DNA of 64,000 nucleotides, taken from Setoptus koraiensis (taxonomy: Eukaryota; Animalia; Arthropoda). The notes below the pieces were generated by a model that ran no database searches, was not told the origin of the DNA, and saw nothing but the letters and a program-made list of their open reading frames with translations. A program made the translations under genes and the position numbers. How positions within the stretch are numbered: the stretch's first letter is position 1; each line of letters opens with the position of its first letter. The stretch is from assembly GCA_048013815.1 (NCBI GenBank), contig CM106586.1, forward strand, positions 24,180,001 to 24,244,000. The letters run 5' to 3'. Below are positions 19,094-28,851 of the stretch, one piece after another.

Positions 19094-19766
19094 AATTATC
19101 CAATAATGGTAATTCTAATAATTAATGAATACTTTGATCAATCGAAAGTCGAATTGCCTAAAGGACGAAATATAAATGGGTGGGAAATGGCTCCCTGAGC
19201 GCGGTGTGCATTCGCACAAAAATAATTTTAGTAGTATAGCATGCACAGAGAGCATGTGACACAGATTGTGATTGTATTTCAGAAACATAGGGAAAGCACC
19301 ACAGTCAAACATCTACATAAATCATTATTAGAATCAAAATGTTACCATTATTTTTTATTTTACTAGATATTCAATAAAACCGCTGGACGTGAGACCTTTC
19401 AAATGCTGATGTCTTTTTAATCAGATTGATATTAGGTTAAGTATTAGTAGTAGTAGTATTGGAATTGCGGATTCAGAATTATTTCGAATAATTATGGAAA
19501 ATGATGATTCTTCCGACGTTGTACAGGACCACATTACAATCAATGGAACCGTCAATAATATATCTGTTAGTCAGACTAATATGGATAGCTCATCTTCATC
19601 CTATGTGAGAGAATTCAATTCTTTGTTTAAGCCTCTGAATCCTGTCCAATTGCGGGATAGAGCATTGGCAGGAGGCTTGAGAAATTCCAAATTTAGAAGT
19701 TTATGTTGGAGATATTTTCTTCAATGTCTCCCGGACAACTATGAGCAATGGCTGGAAAAATGTGAA
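18983..19766. repeat. Diverged, internally deleted inverted duplication joining the MTX2 and TBC1D5 5' ends
   Basis: 19099-19076 (rc) vs 19488-19511 match at 23/24 nt across both ATGs. 19039-18983 (rc) vs 19710-19766 match at 45/57 nt. 19122-19100 (rc, tattagaattaccattatt) vs about 19326-19352 match apart from a short insertion. Confidence 0.9.
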
Positions 19767-21515
19767 ACTGATAGAAAAGAGTATCAGAGATTAAGAGACG
19801 AGCACGCCTTTGATCCAAGACAAGTGAATCACCCAATTGTAGAGAATAATCCTCTTTCTCAAGATGAGAATAGTCCATGGAATCAATATTTTGCTGATAC
19901 CAACCTGAGGAACGTTATAAAACAAGATGTCATACGCACATATCCAGATATGGAATTTTTTCGTAGCACTGAAATTCAATCTATTCTATCGAATGTATTG
20001 TTTCACTTCGCACGAGAGAACTCTAAATTATCATACAAGCAGGGAATGCACGAATTATTAGCCTCGTTACTATTTGTCCTGTACCAAGATGTGCAAACCT
20101 GTATCATTGCAAATGAAGGCGGTCTTGCCAATGATGATATAGCATCATTGCTCAACATAAATTACATAGAGCATGACGTATATATGGCATTCAGTCAATT
20201 GATGCAAACCATAGAAACCTGGTATCAAAATGATGAAATTCTACCTCCTCCGGCGGATGAAACCAATCCAACTGGCAAAGTCCAGAATAAATACCATGTC
20301 AGATCAGTGTTGGGCCTAAAGTTGAAAATGATCTCAGAGCAAATAGTTAAGAGGCATGATACAGAGCTTTTTAATCACTTGGAGGCGTTACAGATAGCAC
20401 CACAAATTTATGGTATTCGTTGGATGCGTTTACTGTTTGGTAGAGAGTTCCGTTTCACTGATTTGTTAGTTGTTTGGGACGCTATTATTGGTGATGGAAT
20501 ATCCCTTGGTTTGACCGATTATCTTTTTGCTAGTATGCTGTTGACAATTAGAGAACTATTAGTTCATAGTGACTATACTGATTGTTTGAACTTACTGATG
20601 AGGTATCCAGCAGTGAAGGATATTCAAAATGTGATAAAATTTGCTTTGCATCTTAGAGAACCAAACAGGTATCTTCGTCCAAACATAAATCTATCCCATC
20701 TTAGTCATAATCATAAACATCTACAATATTTAGAGTCAAGCAATAGAGGTTTTTCACTTAAAGGTGACTGTGATAAACAGCAGTCATCCTTACCGAATGT
20801 CGTCAACCAACGACAAAATAATACAACCAGTATCAAGTCAATGAAAACCACTGCAAAAAAGTTACAATCTAATGTTAAAAATTTGACAATAACAAGCACA
20901 ACTAACCAGGCCAAACAGAATGATAGCAAAAAGTTACATACAGCACAAGGAACAATCAGTAAACCCGCAATCCAGAGCAATAAGGCCAATCCTACATCAT
21001 CAGTATCAAGTAAAGATAGAGAGACCAACAAACAAAAGTCAGATAGTAGAATTCTCACAAAGGCGACTAATACTAAGGACTTAAGAGGAGTAATAGCCCC
21101 TGACTCAAGCAAGAACATTCATAAGAATATTATTCGAAATAATATAGTTCCTCCTTCGTCATCCCTCACAATCAATAGATCTCACATTAGAGAAATGTAC
21201 TCAATTTCTTCACACAGTTTAGATGACACTGCACCCAATAGCATTGTGACTAAAACAGTGGGGCGCAAATCGACAGCGTCCACAGATTCCTACGACCATG
21301 AGGATCTACATTCAAAAGTTGATTACTGTTGGCGATTGTTGAGTGATCAAATAGATTCTCTTCAGAAATGCTTGCCCAAAGAAAAGAATTTGAATTGTGA
21401 AGACGAGATTTATATAGCATTGGCGCAATTGAAAAAAGTGAGAGATGTTCTCAAAGGTTCCTTAAAATTGGAAGACGAGCTAGAGACACAACCCACAACT
21501 TATAAGAAGGATTAA
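19494..21515 (+). CDS. TBC1D5: TBC1 domain family member 5 (Rab7 GAP, retromer-associated), intronless
   Basis: NNPLSQDENSPWNQYFADTNLRNVIKQDVIRTYP (R-finger), YKQGMHELL (Q-finger), YGIRWMRLLFGREF, LMRYP, and a C-terminal coiled-coil. Confidence 0.93.
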   Translation: MENDDSSDVVQDHITINGTVNNISVSQTNMDSSSSSYVREFNSLFKPLNPVQLRDRALAGGLRNSKFRSLCWRYFLQCLPDNYEQWLEKCETDRKEYQRLRDEHAFDPRQVNHPIVENNPLSQDENSPWNQYFADTNLRNVIKQDVIRTYPDMEFFRSTEIQSILSNVLFHFARENSKLSYKQGMHELLASLLFVLYQDVQTCIIANEGGLANDDIASLLNINYIEHDVYMAFSQLMQTIETWYQNDEILPPPADETNPTGKVQNKYHVRSVLGLKLKMISEQIVKRHDTELFNHLEALQIAPQIYGIRWMRLLFGREFRFTDLLVVWDAIIGDGISLGLTDYLFASMLLTIRELLVHSDYTDCLNLLMRYPAVKDIQNVIKFALHLREPNRYLRPNINLSHLSHNHKHLQYLESSNRGFSLKGDCDKQQSSLPNVVNQRQNNTTSIKSMKTTAKKLQSNVKNLTITSTTNQAKQNDSKKLHTAQGTISKPAIQSNKANPTSSVSSKDRETNKQKSDSRILTKATNTKDLRGVIAPDSSKNIHKNIIRNNIVPPSSSLTINRSHIREMYSISSHSLDDTAPNSIVTKTVGRKSTASTDSYDHEDLHSKVDYCWRLLSDQIDSLQKCLPKEKNLNCEDEIYIALAQLKKVRDVLKGSLKLEDELETQPTTYKKD

Positions 21516-21919
21516 AAACACTATTTTGAACATAATGAATGAGTCAAGTTGTAATAACAAGTTGCAAGAACCTCATTGGAAATGCTGATACACACTGGAT
21601 AACAACAGTATGTTCATTTTATTTTCTTTGATAATAACAAGTGCTCTTTAAATATCGTATCTTCATTTTTGTGATACATGATGACTTAATGTAGGATTGC
21701 ACCAACAATCATTTGTTCTCATTCGAATGATCGAGAGATTTGTGTGACTCGTTCAATGCGCAAGTTTAATTGAATACATCGTAACAATCGCCTGTACACC
21801 GTAATTGATCAAACCAAATGCATCTTCGTTGTACTATGATGTATTCACTATCCTGTCATGTGTAAATTTGTTAACGTGTGTTTCTCGTTTGACTTATGAT
21901 TATTGATATTGTCATTATT

Positions 21920-23743
21920 TCAACTAAATCTTATTTTTGTAATAGCCGAACTGAGGCGCATTGTATCATTTTTGAGTTGGTCGGCCAATGAATCAAGTTT
22001 GTCCACTGAATCTAAAACGTTAACAGAATGCGTATAGGGGTCATAGGCCACCTCGTATTCTCGCCTCAAATGCTTGGTGGCATATGCTTTTATTTTGAAC
22101 TTGGCATCATCGAAGCTATTAGCTACATAGTAGACTTTTTGATAATCAGAGTCGTCATATTTTTCCATTGCCGTCTTTTCCGGTATAAATTCCTTCAATT
22201 CCGGTTCGCTAGACTCCAGAGCGTGCTCCATTTCTCCGTACGAAGACAATAAGCCAGCACCATATGCCTTTAATTGTTCACCTTCGCGACACAATCCGAA
22301 CTCCACTGTGAACCAATAGAGGGTTGAAAATTTCTCTATTTGCTCATCTGAGGCCCCCAGAGAAGCTAGGCCTATCTCTTGAGAGAATTGTGCAAAATTT
22401 GAATCTGTCAAAATGGGTATATGACCCATTAGTTCATGTATACAATCGGGTTCAACTGAATGCTCAGGATTTCCCCAATGCCGTATATATTGTGTGGTCT
22501 GGAAGACCCTGTGAGCAAGACTAGCAAGAAAATCTCTCGCCGAAAGGAGTCCAGCTGCGGGCCTCAAACGCCAGCCTGTCTTTCTTTCTAGGAACTCTGA
22601 TACCTTTTGTAATTGTGGTATTGCATTAGGACTGTAGCCGCATTCTTTCTCCAATTGCTCGAATGCCTTATTGTGTTGTTTGCACGCGTACTGTTTATAG
22701 CTAACCTTTAAACGATTATAAATTATGCCCCATGTTTGTATTTCTTTGTCAGTGTATTCAACATCGGCTATTTTGTCGCCATACTTATAATTGAATGCAA
22801 TCTGTGCTATCTCTTTTCTGCGTTGCCTGTATTCCAGATCATGATAGCCTGGATGGGTACTATCTAATTCAGGCTCATATTTAATCATCAAATGATGACA
22901 GTAGTCTAATTCGCTAATATGCTTAGGAAACCATGGATCTTTAGCACTAACATGTAACTCGCGCAATAATCTTACCTCGCCATGTTTATTTATGTGGCGT
23001 AATTTCTTTAATAATTCCAACAGTAATAGTGGTGATATATCTAGAGTAATCAATAGATCATATTTGTCCTCATTGTCCGATGCAGTTAGGCTATGTCTAC
23101 TTTCGATTCGTTTCATGTAGCCACCGCACATCTTTATATCTCATTTATTATTTTATTGGCACATCATATTTTATATAGACAAGACAAGACAAGAAAAAGC
23201 AGCAAAAGAATATTGCGAGTTAGTATATCAAGATGCTGTGAGAAGTGGCCGTATCAATAGTTGTGACAGCCAAGCAGTGCCAACAGTGAAAAGCAATGAA
23301 TGTCAAGTGCAATGTCAATATAATCAATCATTAATGCATACTGATAATCGATGACCATCGTCCATATAACGTTAACGTCCAGTCAATAAACGGATGGCCA
23401 TCAATCAAATCGGTCAAACAAGACCTGACAGTGACAACTCACTTACCCACTAACTTACTCACCTTGATAAGGCCTGTAATCGGCTCAACCAACTCCAAGC
23501 CAGGTTCATTTAATTTTACAATTATAGAGGCTGTTTGGGCCTCCGTCAAGCTGCTGTTACTATTTGTGGACTTTGCCCCATTCACTAACGGACTGCCATT
23601 AGTGAGACCATTCAATGAACTCTGACAATCTAAGCTCTTACTTATATAGCCATTATGATTTAGCTTATCATTATCGAACATAAGATTGTTGTCAAAGTTG
23701 TTGTTGTTGCTGTGGTTGTCAAAGTCATTGTAGCTCCTGGCAA

Positions 23744-23804
<61 letters not shown>

Positions 23805-26475
23805 GCCACCATTAAAGTCGTATGATCCATAATCCAAATGAGATAAATTTGCTATCTCTGTGGCCAAGATAGCCTCTTCTTCTGACACATTCTCATCGAA
23901 ACCATCTAAGCTTGCCTCGCGGATCTGAGTTAGCCATTTCTCTTTGGCCTCACGATTTTTCACTGTCTCAAACTTGGCATCATCAACTAGACTCCTTGTT
24001 TTTGATGGGTAACCAAACTACAGACCATAATTAATTTACCGTTTGCGTGAATGTGCATCGAGACAGATACAGGGTGAATGAGTTAGCATGAGTTCGTATA
24101 TGCTCATAATATGGTTTAGATAATAGAGTGTGCTATAAATTGACCTTCATTGATCTATACAGTCTGTTTATCTGCAACTTATATAGTGTAATGCAAGCAA
24201 GATTATCGGGCCGATGCGAACACCAAAATCAACTATTGGAGGAGTTTTGGTGATGAGGGTGGCGACCAAGTAAAAGTGAGCTTATTCAAGTTGAATGAGG
24301 CCAGTATAGCTAGATTGATTGGAGCCCATCAATCCATACTGAATAGGCGATAGATTGTTATTAGTGCTCGCAACAACGTGACCAACATTGTCAAGTCGAG
24401 CAAAAAATAAGGCAAAGAAAACAGTCTTGGCAAGGTTCTTTCGAGCAGATTAATTCCCATGATTTATGAATGACCAAGCCGTTGATCTACTTGAACGAGC
24501 ACAAGCTCGACAACCGCAAATCTCGCAAGCTTAAATCAAGTCTTTCAAGCGATGTATCATACATATGATGTATTATAATACATCGTATCTGTGTCCGGTC
24601 ACTGTTCGGACCAAAGCTGGTGAGTATGGATGGCGAGCAAACAAATAAATAATTGCAGCAATCACACAACTGCACTACTCATTCAGACAGGCTCCATATG
24701 AGGATATACCACTGTCTGGGATTACTCCTACGCACGATAACACTTATAAATATATATATATTAATACAGTGTAAGATAGTTTTACAGTAGTGCGGTATCC
24801 ACGTGATGAATATTAACATTGAACGTATGACGAACTAAAAGGGATCAATAATCAAATGAACGTTTACATTCAGTCTGATTCAAGTGCTTCCAACAAAGTT
24901 GCTCATCTTGTGACACTCGCATAGAGTTATAAATCTGCTATCAGCATATTTGGTTGTTATGGCTCCTCATTATCATATGTCAATCAGCGTAGTTAGATTA
25001 AGTGCATTCAAATAGTCACACACATAAACAACAATATTCAATAATCTTAATTACTAAACCATTAATTACCAACCATAATACTTGTTTACATGATTTTGCA
25101 TCGATTAAAACTTATTTCACTGCACCCTAAATACACTCGAGTGACAATAATGGGCGATCCCAAAATATTAACACACAATCTCCAGTATTTACATTGTCTA
25201 TAAATCATGGAGAGCTCTCGTTTACAATCTTATCATCGTAGACAAGCGGTTATTGTTGTATTAGATCGTTTATTATTGACTTTTAAACGATATATAGCAC
25301 TCAAAAGGAACGACTCACAATTGTCAGATTGCCGTACCTAACAATAGCAGACAATCTTATCGCACACACACACAAACTGTAGCAGACTAAATGATCTCTA
25401 TCTTATCTAACGATGAAACATGTAATAGTATTATGACTCATTTAATAATCAGTCCCAATCATCAAGATACTGACAATATTGGGATATACACTTGATCTCT
25501 GGATTGAAGTTTTCTTCATCCATCCTCAAACGATAACTTGAAGAGGCAACTTTTTGACACAACGAAAACAGTCTGTCTTTTTGGTCTTTCGCACACACTG
25601 TTCTCACAATGTCCAGCTAGCCGGCCCCACGGTGAACCTCATTAAGAGAAACTCGCTCGAGCGCACCCATTCGAAGTTATTTTTATATGACAGTTAGCTG
25701 AGACATGAGCAACATTTAACTCGCCATTTCAATTCAATGCTGACACTTAATTTTTTCAACACAATCGATGGCGGTCAGTTGATTGGGCATTTGAAGTCAA
25801 CAAGCCCAAACAATTGAAATTGCAACAATTCACCAGCGTAGCACAAACAATTTTCAATAGATGCTCATTTCCGCACCACAGAACTCACTCTAGTCTTGGT
25901 CAATTCATTGAGTAGACCATGAATGAAATCTCATTAGCCTGATTGAATAGCACCAAGGTCTCTACTACCTATGGCTATCTATCTGAGCCGTGGGCAGTAG
26001 ACACATTGGTTATTTATAGAATGCTATTGTGCCGTCAGCAAACTTCAACATTCTCTTCTTATCAATTTGCAGTATATCTACAATAGTACATTGATGACTC
26101 TATCGGTTTTGGAAAGAAAAAACAAACATGTAATGTGATTCGAATTGGTCTCTTATCTCTATATCACTGAATGCAGCAAGTTCATTTGTCATTAGTCCGA
26201 TGAAATATTCATCTATTTCACGAAATTCGCTCAATGGATCACGTTTGATTCCAAGCTAATCAAAAAAAAATGTCATCGTTGGATCTCTATTGGTTTGGTT
26301 TGATCTCTCTGTAGATAGTGATCGATTGATCCAATCATTAGTGACGGAGTATCATATAGAGGGTCTATTATTGCGCAATAACGTATTTTAATAACATGAT
26401 ACTTACCTCAACACTGTAACTTTTGACGGCGAATCTTGCTCTGTTGAGAGCAGCGTAAGATAATGACGATTGCAT
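21920..26475 (-). CDS. TH: Tyrosine hydroxylase (pale); 3 exons (26475-26407, 24017-23463, 23131-21920), 611 aa
   Basis: Exon 1 [23 protein letters not shown] and exon 2 [17 protein letters not shown] match the arthropod TH N-terminus. Catalytic domain [10 protein letters not shown]...KYEPELD, Fe ligands HELMGH and WFTVEFG, and the TH-diagnostic Asp in YDDSDYQ. All splice joins are phase 0. The last acceptor (taaag|ATG) is weak but gives a gap-free alignment. Confidence 0.93.
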
Positions 26476-28814
26476 GATTGTTGATCTCGGTGAAACTGTA
26501 AGGGCTGATTGCGACCAAATGGGGACAATTAAAGTAAATTTAACTGCTTCCTGGATTGATTAAATTTAATGGTATAGATTTGTTTGATCGATATGTTACC
26601 TTTCAACGATTCCAATAGCGACAATATGTTCATATATATAATTATTATTTTGTTGTGTTGGATTCTCAGATAGTGATGCTACACGAGGACAACACTAATT
26701 GCAAATGAAACTGCTCCTCACTACTTGTAGCAACAGTAGTAACCAGTGAACAACTTGCGTTATATAAGAGAAATTATGAATGAGACAAGTCGAGCGAAAG
26801 CCACCAGAGAAATAGCTAGCGACCTGCGTTAGTAGTCGCGATGAGTAATGACAAAACTCGGATGAGAGGTCTCGCCAAAAAGAGATTGCGCATCTTTTGA
26901 GGATAACTGTGCGCATGATCTGTCTATCGCTAATGTATCGACATTATTTAATTAATCTAGTGCTGTTGTCATGAATGCACGTACATGTATCACAAATAAT
27001 TCAATCTAATCTTGATTGACTTTGACTAGTTGATCATAATTATTATTATTATTATAAGTGTACCTATATTGTATGATACATAAATAAAAACAATTATTTA
27101 TTTGCTACGGTTGTAGCAGTAAATAAATGTTGCCAATGAGCTAATTTTGACATGCTGGCAACCCTGTTAATTGTCATTTTTGTTATGCAGGGCATCGCAC
27201 CAATTTATTGTCGTCAATTTTGTTATATTGTCAATTTTATTTCATAGATAATTGAATCATAATTCATGTGATGACACAGTGTACATAGCGAATAGCGGTC
27301 GCAAGACAAGTGTTGACACTGGCCCTGGCGTACTTATTGGTTCACTGTTTGATGTGAATTGTGACGGCCAGCAAAGCAACCGAAACCTGGCGACTACAAC
27401 TAATAAACCAACTAACTTTAACTGACATGGTCTGACCAACTTCCAGCAGCTGATGCATCGTGATGATGATGCAACAAGATGATGCAACACGATGATGCAA
27501 CATGAGGCAATGTCGTGAGTAATAATCGCAGTAACTTGATTAATTAATGGAGCATCTCGAACAGTGAAAATTGTCGATATGATGAAATAAGTGCAAGTGT
27601 TTGTGAATGAACTGATTAAATAACAAGCAGTTATGAATAAATAAATGATGTCACTTTGTGTGAACATGATAATGTCATCCCATGACAACAATAATAGAGG
27701 TCACTGAAAGTAATCTAGTGATTAGTGCAGTTACCTGTGTTACCTGTGCACAATACCTGATACTAGCATATGTGACTTGATGTAGTGATTTGGTACAGTT
27801 TCATCATTTGATGGTCGCTGGCATTTGCGCAACCAACAATCGCTTCGGCTTCCACAGGTGACCAGATAAGAGCAAACACTGTGTGTCACTGTCATTGGCC
27901 CTGTCATTGGCGGTTTGTTTGGGCTTGTTTCACAGAATGGATACAGTTTGTGTGTCATTATCATTGTTTATAGTTGTGTCCACTGTGCCACTATATCTGA
28001 ACACCGTATGTGGACATGGCCAGTGCCGAGATGTGCTCACAGATGAGACTCGATGCACTTAATTCAATTGAGAATTTAATTCAATTCGTCTTGACGTTTC
28101 GGCTATTGTTTATCTGGTCACCGTAAGATTATCATTTGGTTGACATTGTTTAGCGTTGCAACAGCGTGAGCATAACAATCAAACGACCACTCATATCAAT
28201 TCACACACTCTCTTGCTAGCAATAATGCAAAAATAGACTCAATAAAAGAATGGCTGCTACTACACGATGATATCATCCAGTCGACATGATGTAATATGTA
28301 TCATGTTCATCATGTCGAGCAACTAGTGACTTTGAGCACAACTGTTGTTGTTGTCGTTGTCGTTGTCGTTGTTGTTGTCGTTGTCGTTGTTGTTGTTGTT
28401 GCACAGTAAGAATGAACAAATCGAGCGACATGAATCAGAGACAAAATCAAATCAGTGGCTCATCATGAAATGCAATTCTGGCTGCATTCATTACATCAAA
28501 ATCGACCAGCAAGTGAACGCAAAGTTGTTACGCAATAGTTGTTGCGCGATTGTTATTGTTTGTTGTTGTTGTTGTTGTTGTTGTTGCTGGTGTGTCGCCA
28601 ATGGGAAAAGAAAGTTTTGTTTTGTTTATGTTTGTGTTGGATTGAATGTTGCTAGTTTATTGGTTGTGTCGTTGTTGAGTTGAAGTCTTGGCTTAAAATC
28701 AATAATCATTGACCTTTACTGGCCACTGGCCACTGGCAGCTATACCAACAGTGGCAAGTGAGCGCTTTTATTTGTTGTCGTCGCATCGTGCGATTGAATA
28801 AGCCAATGTCACCA

Positions 28815-28851
28815 GTGATTGGTCACCATTGATTGGTCACCATTGATTGGT
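28815..28851. promoter_or_regulatory. Three tandem TGATTGGTCA (reverse CCAAT) motifs
   Basis: gtgattggtcaccattgattggtcaccattgattggtca: a 14-bp unit present about 2.5 times. Function not shown. Confidence 0.25.

Noticed and set aside
21920-23131. Phenylalanine or tryptophan hydroxylase call
   Set aside because: KYEPELD, the YDD Asp and the reconstructed N-terminal exons fit tyrosine hydroxylase.
26399-26409. ATACTTACCT resembling the U1 snRNA 5' end (also at about 14738)
   Set aside because: These are reverse complements of strong splice donors in TH and DDX6, and no U1 body follows.
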